A stretch of 54,929 nucleotides of DNA, counting the filler, from Bipalium vagum (Eukaryota): the NCBI GenBank assembly GCA_037834085.1. It is 3 parts of 3 records of this genome, joined end to end, with 100 filler letters (N's around TTAATTAATTAA, not from the genome) between each part and the next. Parts side by side here need not be neighbours in the genome. Positions count along the whole stretch, not along the records: positions 16,587 to 37,080 come from JBBMKC010252096.1; positions 37,181 to 54,929 come from JBBMKC010052733.1; 1 more part is not named here. The stretch is one strand, 5' to 3'. Of this stretch, positions 32,325 to 46,149 are shown piece after piece. The notes beneath the pieces are model-generated. The model was not told the DNA's origin. It saw nothing but the letters and a program-made list of their open reading frames with translations, and did not search any database. Position numbers and translations under genes: made by a program. Each line of letters opens with the position of its first letter. The first letter of the stretch is position 1.

Positions 32325-35300
32325 ATGACTGATATCGCCAGTAAAGATAAATTAAGTCTAGTTTTATCAAAACGTATTAAAAGAAGAAATATGTTCAAGA
32401 TATATTTTGGACTTAAAGATGAAAAATTAATAAATATTTTATTTGGGAAATGTTATTTATTCGACGATGAGGTGGCTGCAAAAAAAAGGAATAATTTGTT
32501 AGTTTTAAGTATTTTATAAATATCAATGTTGAATTCTCAAATAGACCAAAGTTTCCAAAAATCAGATGTTCATATCAACCGAAAAAAAGAATATTCAAAG
32601 AAATGGGATTATTAAGTGAATTGAAACTGACAGAAGACTCAATCTACACCGATTCGACTGCTTTTCTAAAGGTAATGTTATCCTAAAATATTACCCTAAC
32701 GTATTTACAGGGTACCCAAAGTTCCAATCCCCATAACGATTATTCTCAGTATTTTGTTGATACAGGCCAAAGGCCTCAAAATTTTATTAGAGACACTGGT
32801 ATTATTTTCCTTGTTTTTCGTGTTTATAATTAATAAACAATTTACTCAGCTACGTTTAAATTGAAATTGAGATTAATTTTGCAATATTTATTTATAATGT
32901 AATTTCTGAAAATTTCAAATAAATGTCTTATATTAAATATAGGACTTAAAAATCGTTTTGAGGAATACCCGAAGCTCAGAGAATTAATTCGATTAAAAGA
33001 TAAATTAATTGCTGACACAGGAAATACTCCTATGTATTTGAAGGCAGATCTTTCATCTTTTAAATTAACAAATCTACAAACTAAATTTGATGTTATTTTA
33101 ATTGAACCTCCTCTTGAAGAATATAATCGCATGAATGGAGCAGTCTATGATAAATATTGGTCTTGGTCAGAGGTTTCACTCGTTTCATTGGTTTTACTGT
33201 ATTAACTCAAACATAGATTGAAGCTTTAGAAATCGAGCAGATAGCAGCTCAGAGATCTTTTATATGGTTATGGTGTGGAAGTGGTGAAGGATTGAATGAG
33301 GGTCGAAAAGTAAATTAACCATTTGTTTATCTTATTGAATATGCTTAGTGTCTTTCTAAATGGGGCTTTCGTCGCTGTGAGGATATTTGTTGGATAAAAA
33401 CAAATAAAAAAAAACCTGGGCACAAAAATTTGGAACCCGGTGCTCTTTTTCAAAGAACTAAAGAGCATTGCTTAATGGGAATTAAAGGAACTGTAAGTTA
33501 TTTGATTCAAATATGTTTATATATATGAGCCAACATTCAAGTTTATTAGATCTGAAAATATTTTGAATACTAAATGTTTTCAATCAGTTTAGATTATAAG
33601 GACAAAAAATATTTGGTGATTTAGATTTTTTACTTATTTTAAAAAAATATTTAACAAAAATACTTTTCTTTTAAGTGAAAGTGTAAAATACAAATTATTA
33701 AAATTGATCAATTTCAAATCTTATTTCTTATTGCCCGGAGATTATCTTTCTAGATGACGGTAGTGTAAGTAAACAATTATTATTCAAGTAAACAATTTAT
33801 AATCTCACAAACTTTGTAATTTTTTTATCCATAAAAGAATATGAATTTAATTTTGACCAGGTCAATAGGAATATTTTTAATATTATAAAGGTTATGAGAT
33901 CATTTTTAGGTGAGGCGGAGTACAGATGGGGATTTTATTCATGCTAACGTTGATATTGATTTAATTATTGACGAAGATCCGAATTATGGAATCAAAGATA
34001 AGCCAGTTGAAATATTTCATATCATTGAACATTTTTGCCTGGGTAAACGGAGACTTCATTTATTTGGAAGAGATAGTACAATTCGACAAGTAAAATTTTA
34101 TTCAATTGATGATTTTCTCTTCGAATGGTTTCCAGGGATGGTTGACTGTTGGTTCCGAGTTAACTTCGTCTAATTTTGATAGTAGAATTTACAATAATTT
34201 CTTTACGAAAGATCTCAGTGGCACTTTGGTTCCGTATAATGAGGAAATAGAAAGATTACGGCCTAAATCTCCCCCGCCACGACAAAAACCATCTCAGCAG
34301 TTGACAACCGGTGTATCCAGTAGTAGTTCAACTGGATTAGGAAATGGATTTAATATGTCTAATTCTGGTAAAAGTTAGTTATTGAACAAGATTTGAGATT
34401 TGAGCAATAATTGAAAATTACTCTATTAAAACGTTTTTTCACAGTTCTTAAACTACGTTTATTAATGGTCATATTATTTAATTTTATTAATGTTTTTAAT
34501 TTTTAAAATTAATATTTAAATAAATATTAACATGTAATATTTATCTCTAATCTTAATTTGCATTGTTGTAACTTATTTTTCAGCTTAAGTTATTTTTTTG
34601 GTAATGAATATTAAAAGATACTAGAATGTTAATAATTATGGTTTGAAAAGATAATTTTTTATTTAGCATTGATCTTAATAATAAAGAAAATAGATTTAAT
34701 AGAACAATAAAATAAAACTATTAAATTTCTGAAAATTTTTTAAAAATATATATTGTATATTTTTAAATTCTATTTTAGTAACAACACCCAAAGATTCTTA
34801 AAAATTCCACAAGCCTTGAGAAAAAATTAACTTAAATAGTTTTTCTTAGAAATATACATTCTACCCTCATATTTGCCACAATCGGAAACCTCGATAAAAT
34901 GAAAAATTTGAAGGAAATAAAGTTTTTTAAACAAATATTACTTATTACACAATTATACAAATACAAACCAAAAAATATTTATTTATAATACAAATTTTTA
35001 TTTTTTCGAAAAGTAATCCGTAATTACATTTCCGTAACCATCCATATTGTAGCATAACTTACTCATCATCTGATTTTTGTATTTTTAAATTCATTTTCTC
35101 ATTTCTGTAACAAAACTTTTGGATGGTACAAGTCTATAGAGCAGTTTCGACCATTGAAAATTTCTGATAGTTTATATGAAGTGGGTTTTAGCATTAATTT
35201 CTGATTATATTTTTTAATACAATAATTTGTAATATAGCATCTTTATAAATCAAACCACTCATTTTGATCATATCAACCTTCTTTTAAAATGGAATCAATT

Positions 35301-36168
35301 TTTGGAATTGATTTCAATGTTCCTCTGATCTAATAGGCTTCTCGAATTATTTTTTCATTATCTTAATAATTCTTAATTGATCTTTTAATTTCATTTAAAA
35401 AATTTAAGTGAAAATATTTCCGATACTTTTGTATGCTTTATACTAGAATTTTTCTTACAATATTATAATTCTATTTTCTTTTAATGACGTTTTTAATTTT
35501 CATTTACACTAAAAATATATTTATTAAAATTTAGAAATAAATAGATTTATATAAGGTAAATTTTAAATTTAGATATTAAAAATTTTTTTTAATTTGATAT
35601 AAAAAGTGGGATAAATAAAAATGGTAAAATTTAGAAAATTCTTAGAAATCTGTAAAATTTTTCTAAATTTTGGAAAAAATTAGTGATAAATCACACTATT
35701 TAAATTCGAAATAGTTACTAATTAGTTCTTTTAAAATTTATTGCAAAAAGTAAATATAATATTACATTTGTTTTTACGAAATTTAACGTTTCTCTTTTTG
35801 TTTTTTAATATTGATTCTTAAATATTTATTTAGATTCTAATGATTTAAATCATTCCAGTGATAATGTTCGGGCAATTGCCCAGCTACTTATGTCACGATA
35901 TCCTAGCAACAATATGGGACTCTTGCCTACTCAAAATTTAATAGCCGCAAATCTAGCGGTTAATATATTAAATCAATACGGAAGTGGAATGGTTGCACCA
36001 TTTACGAACAATTCCAATATTGATTATAATTATTCTCCAAATTTTCCTGCTTTGGTGGAGCTGCTGACATCGGCTCTTCAAAATGTCGATTATCACAATC
36101 CCAATAATATGACTAATTTGAATAATTCAAACAATCGAAACAAGACGATTGGTGGATCTCGTCGATAA
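32325..36168 (+). CDS. METTL14: m6A methyltransferase non-catalytic subunit METTL14
   Basis: Exons 32325-32497, 32545-32671, 32711-32798, 32943-33172, 33217-33309, 33349-33492, 33910-34089, 34136-34367/34373 (or stop at 34378), and probable last exon 35834-36168. Motifs [97 protein letters not shown]. Identity is very clear; the last exon is inferred. Confidence 0.95.
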
Positions 36169-37080
36169 AATCTACGCTTCACATTTGTCATTTAACTATG
36201 AATTCTATTTTAGGAATGATTTGATGTGTCATTTTGTTGTATTAATACATTCTGTACTTCAATTTTATCTTAATAGTGGGGATTTCAAAATTATTTTTTT
36301 CTCATAAAATTTAGAATTCTTAATTACAGTTTTAAAACAGCTTAATTAAAATTATTTGTAAGTGGTATAAATCAAAGTTTTTGTAATCCAGAAAGTAAAA
36401 TGAAAATTTTTCAAAATAAAGAGATCAACCAATTCTTTCTTTAATTGATTTTATTTGAATAAAACTTGGTGAATAAGTCGCTTGGTTCCGTTGTCGATAT
36501 AACTGACTCAGTTTGCAATTTCCTTGAACTGGTTTCCCGAATCGTCAAGTCAATTTTGTTTTCCTCATCGTACTCGTAAGTAAGTGATTTTGACTCTGAT
36601 TACAGGGTCCATTTTCTTCGTTCAGTAATCATTGTGGTTTTCTAATCTGCGTTTGGTTTTCCGTCGAGCATTTTATTTTCCTCATTGACTCGAATTCTTT
36701 TATTTCCTCTTCCAGATTTTCAAAGTCCTCATATCGACATTCTTTAAAGGCGGTGCCAAAACTTATTGTCTTTTAAAATTTAATTGAATGAATTAAATTA
36801 TTGTTTCATATCAAATTTTAAAATCATAACAATAATTTAGACAATAAAACTAAATTACGAAACGAAAACACTTCAAAATAAATCAGAACTCAGTAAATTG
36901 GACAATTAAATTTATCAAAATTCTATTAAATCTTACAGAATCAGGAAATCAATACGATCTCATCTTGAATTTTCAGTGTATTGTATTTTTATTTTGGTGT
37001 GTTATAAATACAAGTGCTGCTTTACTGATTGTTTTGATTTGCACCACCTAAGATTTTGGAGTCAGGTTTAGATTTGATAC

Positions 37081-37180
37081 NNNNNNNNNNNNNNNNNNNN
37101 NNNNNNNNNNNNNNNNNNNNNNNNTTAATTAATTAANNNNNNNNNNNNNNNNNNNNNNNNNNNNNNNNNNNNNNNNNNNN
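37081..37180. other. Artificial contig-join linker (N44-TTAATTAATTAA-N44)
   Basis: Same 100-bp structure as 16487-16586. Confidence 0.95.
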
Positions 37181-37745
37181 ATAACATTTTCAAAATGAGG
37201 AATGAGTAAAAAATTATCATATGAAGATAAATATAATATTGCCAAGCAACTTCGCAACGTTGAAATATATTATTATTTATTGGACTTATTGTTGTTTTTT
37301 AAATTTCCATTATTACATCCATATAAGTAATGTCATGTTTTATAGCATTTTTATCTCTTAATTTCTAATATTGAACCAATTTTTATTTTTGGACCACTTT
37401 TGAAATTTTGTGATCCAAAATATAAGTTGCACTATATTTTATTCATTTCGTTCATCACAGAGGTCAAGTGTTTGAAGTATTTTGATGGAGTATCTTGAGA
37501 CATTACGGTTGGTATGTGACTGTATTTAGATTGAATAAAAGATATAGACTTTTGTGTTATTTGAATTGTAAAGTGATCTTTGCCATTATCAAACACAAAT
37601 ATAAGATTATGAGTCAAATCTTGACTTGTTTAATAAAAATATGCACAGTTTTATTTAAGTTTTAAATATTTATTATAATTATTTCAATTATTATTTGAAT
37701 AATTAAAATTTTTTGTTATTATTATTATTAAAAATAATAATATTA

Positions 37746-37905
37746 CTAGGGTGATGCAAAAGTTCGTATATTTAAAAGTTCGATTATATTTAAAAAATTA
37801 AAATACTCTTCAAAATAAAGTCCATCAGCTTCAATGATTTTAGTCCACCGACCTGTTAGCATTCTTATCTGTTCAAAGTACCAATTTCTTTGTTTTGATT
37901 CGCTC
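37746..37905 (-). mobile_element. Mariner 3' end remnant
   Basis: TIR-like tagggtgatgcaaaagtt; WYFEQIRMLTGRWTKIIEADGLYFE. Confidence 0.65.
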
Positions 37906-38370
37906 AATAGTAACTATAAAATTATTATTCACTATTAATTATTTTAAGCCATTTTTAAAATGATGATATTAATATATTGATGATTATTTCACAGATATGG
38001 TACTGTATTAAGTATTTTATCATATTAAAATGGAATATATCTGTCCATTTGCGGCATATTTTTATCTTGAACGTTTTTTATTCACAAAATTTCTAATTAC
38101 TCTTGATATATGGAACCTATTTCATTAAATTAAGTAAATAAAAAAATGGAACTGTATTTTCATCCTCTCAAATTAAATCAAAATTCATTGTCATTCCAGA
38201 AATATATAATATTTGAATGCCAATCCTTCCATTTAACAGTGATTCACACATACCTTTTGAATAGAATATAAAGAATAAGATGATTTTTTTTCAAAAAAAA
38301 TCATTTTTAAATAATATAAATAAAATTCCAAAAAAAAATTGAATTCTTCAAAAGTAAAATGGTTAGGAAA

Positions 38371-38432
38371 ATTATTATTATTATTATGATTATGATTATG
38401 ATGATTATGATGATGATTATTATTGTATTATT

Positions 38433-38484
<52 letters not shown>

Positions 38485-38490
38485 CATTAT
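38371..38490. repeat. Compound (ATT)n/(ATG)n microsatellite
   Basis: Directly visible. Confidence 0.9.
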
Positions 38491-39619
38491 TTCAGAATTT
38501 AACATAAAATAAAGCTGTTGTTTTTCAACTTTGCCAGCTGGATGATCGTTTCCATTGCCATTGACTTCAAATAAATGTTACGATGATGATCGTAGTAATT
38601 GAAGTCTGGCTATCAAAAGAGAAATGGCGTCAACGTTTCGCTTACCATTTACTTAAAGGTAAATAACGGCAGAAATTTTCTCCAACAATAACAATGGTAA
38701 ATACTGATATGAGAGATATCACGTTGCTTTGATTAGGCTCAGTATCAACGTATATGAGAATGTTAATGTATCCATAATCATCATTTTCAATTTTAAAATT
38801 TCGATGAAATTATTAATGAATAATTTATAGGCGAAATAAAAAAATTTATATTTATTCTCTTGTCATTTATTAAATTTATTTTATCCATTATTGATAAATC
38901 CATTAATGATTTTCCAATAAATGAAATGTCATTTTATATTGATTATATTTTGAAACTGGAAATAATTTTTATCGACTCATATTTATGGTTTTGGTGAGGT
39001 CGGGTTGAAATGGTTTTTCCCCCTTTTATACAAAGATAAATACGAAATTATTATTTTGGCACAGTTGTAATTTTTCTCCGCAATTTTCCAATTAATGTAT
39101 ACATTAAATTCAAAGTCGATTTGTACCAATTTCAGTATGGAAATTATATTTTTCTATAATATAATATTTTTCTATAACATAATATTTTCAAATAATAATA
39201 ATAATAATACTATATTGTCATAATCTGGTGGGTTCTGTTTCGTAGTAATATTTATTTATATTTTAAAAAATATTATATTATTTATATTTAAAGAAAATTT
39301 ATATTAAAAAAACAACACTGTTTTTCAGGTTAATGCTAAGAGGATAAATTATTCATTATATTTTAAATGGATTTGTTGAATTCAAATGAAAAAATTATAA
39401 TTTATATATTTTCTTTTTACAGAAATATTTTTTTCCATTTTATATTTTACTATGGGTAATATAAATCATTGTCTATTTTTAGAGGTTATTATAAATTTTT
39501 CAGTGAACGTTTAAAGAAATTTATTTAAACATTTATTGTTTTTTGCAAAGAGGGTTATCAATTAAACAATTGGAAAAATATATATGAAGAAATTTATTTA
39601 TTTTTTATATTTACATATA

Positions 39620-39944
39620 CCGCCTTTTCTATAATTAAAGCCCGGGCTTGTATTAGGGGATGGATGAAATAGAAGCCACCCTGACTTCTAATATAGGAAG
39701 GGCTTGTATTTTAGAATACCAATAAAAAACGCAATAGCACACGAAATAATATCCTTTTTCTTTACCACAAGTGACCTTGTTCTACAATCGCATATTAAAC
39801 TGCACCTAATGAATATTAATTTTGTTATTATTTTTAAATGAGGGTTATGTAGGATCAATTATAAAGGTCAATCAAAAAACGATTAGCCAATAGAAGCCAC
39901 TCTGGCTTCTAATATAGAAAGGGCCTTAATTATAGAAAAGTTAG
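39620..39944. mobile_element. MITE (pogo/Tigger-like), 325 bp
   Basis: TIRs cttttctataattaaagccc / gggccttaattatagaaaag with TA flanks; paired subterminal palindromes tagaagcca...g(a/g)cttcta. Confidence 0.75.
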
Positions 39945-40589
39945 TACATACATATATATACATATTTTTAACATTTATTGTTTAGCTAAAAATATGAATA
40001 AACTTGATTCTCCAAATTTTTATGTATTTCGTATTCAATTTAATAATAATAATTATAATATTAATAATAAAATAAAAAAATGTACATAAAAAATGTATAT
40101 CACCAGTCAGTTTTCAGAGGGGATAGAAAAAGATTTTTTAATATTAGAAAAATGTTTTATCATTAATAAAATTAAATATATTATTATTATTATTATTAAT
40201 TATTATATTATGTATTATTAATTAATATCACATTATATTATATATTAATAATATCTAGGTATATAGAAAAGTGTTTATATTTAGTAGAGGCTACAAGTAT
40301 TACAAGCAGTCGATAATTAAAACAATTTATTTTTAATAATTAACTAAATGACGCCTTTTACAATGAATAAAAATGTTCTAAATATTTTGATAATTGTCAA
40401 TATTTTAAGAATATCAATAAATTCCATTTTTAATAGCATTCTCTATTATAAGAAATATATACATTTAGCTTGATATTTCCCAATAGTATTTGATAGTTCC
40501 CAATAGCTGTATTTTGTAATAAATTTGATAATAAAATAGATAAAATATTTTATTTAAATAATACCTCTTAATGATAAAATTGAAAATGA

Positions 40590-40637
40590 AATTCTAATAA
40601 TAATTCTAATAATAATTCTAATAATAATTCTAATAAT
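40590..40637. repeat. 12-bp tandem repeat (ATTCTAATAATA) running into a gap
   Basis: Directly visible. Confidence 0.85.
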
Positions 40638-40774
40638 NNNNNNNNNNNNNNNNNNNNNNNNNNNNNNNNNNNNNNNNNNNNNNNNNNNNNNNNNNNNNNN
40701 NNNNNNNNNNNNNNNNNNNNNNNNNNNNNNNNNNNNNNNNNNNNNNNNNNNNNNNNNNNNNNNNNNNNNNNNNN
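40638..40774. other. Assembly gap (N run)
   Basis: 137 N. Confidence 0.95.
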
Positions 40775-41959
40775 AGTACACTGCAAATTAATTTATATTA
40801 TAAATAATACAAGTAAATTTATTTTTGCTTGAAAAATTAAAAAAAATCAAAATTATAATGAAATTAGATTTTTGTTCAAAAATTGATCTAATGTAAATTA
40901 TTATTTATAATATTTTAAAAGAATTTCTGTAAACTTTTTTCTAAGTACATTTTTTAATTTTTACTAAGAAAGTGTCGAGTTCAGATCTGAAAAGAATTTC
41001 TCTATGAATGAAACGATTCTTCTGAAGGATTTGTATAATCGTTACACGTAAATCCTAAATATTTTGTTGTAACATAATTTTCTGTTATTTTATATTATTA
41101 TTATTATTATTATTTTATAATTATTTTTTATTTTATTTTTTTAAAAAACTTTTATTTTTAATTATTGTTTGATTTGATAGTAACGATTGATATTAATAAA
41201 TATATTGAATTGTTTAAGCAAAGAAGTCATCAATAATAAGAAAAACGTAAAATTTCCCATAATAGTTCCAGATCAACAACACTAAATAATGTCTAAGTTG
41301 TCCCTAAAAAAAGTTTCTTCGACATTTTCTGTTTTTCATATAGGAGGTTCCAATGAATTATTATTTCTTTAATAGTGACTTAACTAAATAGTGACTTACT
41401 TTAAGAATTGCGAAAGTAATGAAAGTGTCTCAGAGGCGTCCAAGTAAATTCTGGAATAATGGTATCGATGGTTTAATGGAAAGATGGAAATAGGTGTAAA
41501 TACGGAATGTATTATAACTTGGTATTGTAATATAAGACCTTCCAGACCTTCCTGATGGACCAGACTCAGGGTTTGGTACTCAGGCCGAAGAAGTCATGTA
41601 ACCTTAAAAATAACCACTCTTATTGACAAAGCCAACTTAAATCGATATCTGCGTTGATAAAATATATAATTTTTTGTTTAGGTTTATTCTTATTCAAACA
41701 TTATTTTTGATTCAATGACCTGCCCAAGTTTGGCATTAGCCAACTCTGCTGTTTATCGTAGAAGCTGTTTGCCCGATGTGGAATTTTGCTTAGACTCACT
41801 TTAAATGAATGAATCTGCAACAATACGATGACTGTTGCAAAAGTTTTGAAAGCGACAGGGATAATTTCAGAATCAGGTAAAGATTTTTTAATACTGCCAT
41901 ATTTATAATATCATCTCCTTATGTAAAGCCATTTTTTAAAATTGCTTGGTTTAATTTGA

Positions 41960-42530
41960 CTTGATGGGATTAATTGTACAGTGAAAAAAATTGAATTGGT
42001 TCAGATACACCAAAGAAGGACAAGATTGCTTTATCGACAGGGAAAGTTCGTGGGATCTGTATTTAAGGTTGAATTTTGGAATTAAGTTACTGTGAGAAAG
42101 GAAAAACAATCAACTCACAGTATTATGCAAGCCAATTGGGTGACAGAATTCGTGAATGTTTATAGAAGAAAAAACATTTTTCTGTAAGACAATGAACCCA
42201 TTCACAAAAGTTAGTTGATCATGACAAAATTAAATGAAATGAAATATGGTCACCCATCCTATTCACTACATTTGGGTCAATCAGATTTCTTTTCCCAAAC
42301 TTGAAAAAATTCCTATCTGGAAAGCGGTTTCGTCACAGTCAAGAAGCAATTGATTCTGTAGATTTTTCAAGCCTCGATGAATGTCATTACAATCAAGTTA
42401 TCCAATCGTTGTAAAAACATCGGACTAAATGTGCTGAGCTAAAAGGAGACTTTGTTGAACAATGTGATTTTTTAACAATAAATACTTTTTTATTCTTTTC
42501 CTTTCCAAAAATTTTCAAACCATCATCGCA
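41960..42530 (+). mobile_element. Mariner (irritans-like) 3' half remnant
   Basis: TPKKDK..STGKV, EKGKTINSQYY, DNEPIH, HPSYS, FPNLKKFLSGKRF, KCAELKGDFVE. Confidence 0.8.
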
Positions 42531-44889
42531 AATTTTTTTATATAAAAATATAAAATGAATAAAAATTTAAGTTAAAATTGCCAATATGACTTTTCTGATT
42601 TTTTCTTATTTAGACTCAAAACTTTCTCTCAAGTTTCATTGGAAAGCTGTTTTTTTTAATAATTTTTTTATACTTTAGACATTTTCATTCTGACAATTTT
42701 ATTATTTCTATAAAATTATTAAAAAATATTTTTTCGACAGCATTATACAGAATTGATCAAAATTAATTAATCAAGACATGTATACCATTTTATTGGGAAA
42801 TATTTTTTGTAAAAATATTGATTAATATTTATTATTAAATCTAATTTTTAAAGAATTATCATTTTGTGTGAAACTAAGCCATATAATCAGGAACCAGTTT
42901 TAGAGACTTTTTAATTTTTAAAATAAAAAAATAGATTAAAATTTTGAAAAAGTAAAATAAAAAAATGTATTTTGTTTGATCATGAAAATTAAGTGTAATT
43001 AAAAAAATAAACAAATATCGAACAAGTTTTGTTATTATAGAAAACTTGAGGTCAGATTTATTTTAAAAATAAATGCCTAACAATAAAATGATATAATAAA
43101 ATTAAGTAAATAAATAAATAAAAATTAAAAAAATAAATAAACATACATAAAAAAATAAATTTTAAAAAAATAAAAAAATGAAAATAAAATAATCAGGAAT
43201 TAATAGAAATTAATAATTAAATAAAAAAAAATAAATAAAAATTAAAAAATATAAAATTATTGTAAATTAAGCAAAAACTAACTTAAAATAGAATAAATTA
43301 AATTTAGAAAATTAAAAATTATTTAAAAAACTTCATTTAAGAATAGTTCAGAAAATGAAAAAAAAATTTTCTTAATGATACAAATAAAAGTTTTTGTTAT
43401 AATATATTTGAATATATAAATTAATTATAAAACAATTGGTAATATTAATTATAATAATAAAATAATTTAAAGAAATTTAAATTAAATTAATTAAAAATGA
43501 ATTAATACAAGTTTTAGCACGGAGAAAAATGTCAACTTTAAGTTAATTTTTTTCAGCCACATTGAATAAATGAGATTAGTTTGATCATGTTTTCTGAAGG
43601 AACAAATGCCTAATCTTTTACAAGAATAAAACTGTTGGAAATTATTTTTAATCTTTTCTTCATTGTTAAAAACTTTTTCTCATGTAAATTGAATCAGATT
43701 TTTGATTAAAGGAAATCTGTTGGGTGTTGGTATGGAAAGTATAGTAGATTCTGAAGAATAGTTTAATTGAAATAAACAGGGGGGCGAAAGCTTTGCAACC
43801 TTTTCAAAACATTGGAAATTATTAATTAAATCATTAATTAATCATGCATATAAATAAAATTCTTTTTATTATATATTTAAAATAATAATATTTCAAAAAA
43901 TAAAATGTTAAATATTCATATTTTTTTGAGTGTTCCAATTTAATCTTTGCATATTATAGATGTCTTTAAATAGAAAGGATGTTAGGATCCTGATTCGATA
44001 TTACTGGTAGCGAGAAGCAATGTAATGCTGAAGACTGGCACTCTCAACCATATAACGTTGTCTGTTCCTATTATATTTCTATTTCACAAAACTGAGTTTA
44101 CATCATCTAATTTTCAAGTTGTATATTAATATACTAAGAGTATTTATCCAATGTAATGTTTTTATAATATGTTCGGAAGAAAAAGAAAAAAAATCATAGG
44201 AATAGAAACAAGTTAATAGCTTTTTTATTGTTTCGGAACAGATTGAGGGTTTTTTGTACACCACTGACGGGAAATTATTTTTCATCAACTATTCAATGAA
44301 TGAATAAACCTAATTTGTTTCTGCTAAATTATAGCTTAAGTGATTCGAAACAGTGAGGCAAAGTACACAGCAATGGTATTGTTCAAAATATTAGGCTTGT
44401 GAATTATTTTCCAGAACTAAACAAAAGCTGTCACAATTTAAGTAAGCGTAGTAGAACATAAATGTGATAAATATTATTTTAAAATGTGATTAATTATCTG
44501 TCAAGTTAACATAACATATATTTGTTTTAAAATATATTTCTTTTATTCTTGATTATATTATATTTTACATTATTATTTTGTAAAATGAGTCATATTAGGT
44601 AAAGGTAATTGCGCTGTTTATGGTTAATATTAATTTGAATATAAATTTGTTTTACTATATTAAAATCATTAATAATTTGGCTATTTTATGAAATATACAT
44701 AATTAGTAATTTTTTATTATAGAAATGTAATAACAAGCATTAAAATTGTAGAAATAACAGACAATTTTACGCAAGTGAGGATCACATAATATTATGATTT
44801 GATTTACATAGGAAATCGTTAAGCTTTTGACATTATTGAGTGGTGATAGTTTTCTGTTTCTATTAACAAATTTTGTCATTTATTGTATA

Positions 44890-45330
44890 AATTATGCAAA
44901 CCGAGGGAAAATTACCACAAGAGAGCTGGTATCATGTCTACATGTAAATAAATGCACTCTTGATTCTCTCCTTACATCTTGTGGTGTTCAAAAAGTTTAC
45001 TCTTCCTTTGTACTGCACCTTTTCAATAGAAGAATGCGACAATATCGTTTTGATATATGTCAAAAGTCCTAAATATTTTTGACAGTGTTCTTGGGAAATA
45101 TCATCATACAAACAAGATTTCAGTGCAAGTACAACGGATGAAAAAATATGCTAGGTGAAAGTGAAGATAATCATGTACATAGACAAGGAATGATTTGATC
45201 ACAAGATTGAATAAGTGGCAGTTAGATGGCTTAATGGTCTGTACCTTGAGAGTTAATAAAAAAAGATCTATTTACTCCGTTCTTAATTTTTTCATAGAAA
45301 CGTAAAATTACTTATGACATATCCTAACAG
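44890..45330 (+). mobile_element. Mariner remnant
   Basis: KITTRELVSCLHVNK...GVQKVYSSFVLHL resembles the HTH-to-WVPHxL region; TIR-like aaattacttatgacatatcctaa at the end. Confidence 0.45.
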
Positions 45331-46149
45331 GTATTTAATTAATATAATTTCAGGAAAATATATTTCACAAAATTTTTTATAAAAATTTGTAAAGACCTAA
45401 CTGTTTCCGAATTCACATTGAGAGATCTGTAACCCCTTAATGATCAATAATTAAAATAAATCAATTCTTCATATATTTCTCTGTAACAAAGCATAAATAT
45501 TTAGTATAATTGAACCTAAAACCATGAACCAACAATAATAACTGAAAAACATGGTGTTATCATCTTCAGCAAGGGAAATTTGATATTGGCAGACAAGATC
45601 ATGTTAGAAGAATTTTCTAAGATGTTTTAGAAATTTTTAATTTACTAAATTCTACACTTAGTCTTCAGGGAAAAATTATTATTATTATTATTATTAATAA
45701 TATATATTATTATTATTATTAATATATAAAATAAATTTAAGATAAATTTTAAGTCAGACTGACTAATAATTAAATTAAAATTTATTAATAAATAATATTA
45801 TTGAAAAGTCCCCAAAGAGTTACTGAAAAATAAAATAAATATCATATAAAAACATGAATGGGATAAAATAATGTTAATTTAGAACATAATTGACATTTAA
45901 ATAAAAAAACATTTAATTATAAAAATGAATAAAGGATTTTAAGTTTTTTATATTTTTATGTTTATTTTATTTGTTTAATAAACGTTCTCGAAGAAATATT
46001 TAATGGTGAAAATTGTATCTAAGCAGAAGTGACATACATATTTAAAAAATAAATGTAAGAATAGACTACTGATAAAAAATTAAATAAAAATAATAAAAAA
46101 ATAAATGCTGTGGTATACCTGTCCAACTATTTTGATTCAAAATGGAATA

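Noticed and set aside
32842-33468. Minus-strand ORFs 32842-33132 and 33268-33468
   Set aside because: Antisense shadows of METTL14 exons.
35000-35370. Possible pogo-like remnant in the last METTL14 intron
   Set aside because: Only weak motif resemblance (NEWF, YNMD) with many stops; not supportable by eye.
36480-36770. Minus-strand coding-like segment (TISFGTAFKECRYEDFENLEEEIKEF...)
   Set aside because: Short, interrupted by stops, no recognisable family, and upstream context is cut by the linker.
40554-40786. ORFs spanning the N gap
   Set aside because: Artefacts of Ns plus a 12-bp repeat.
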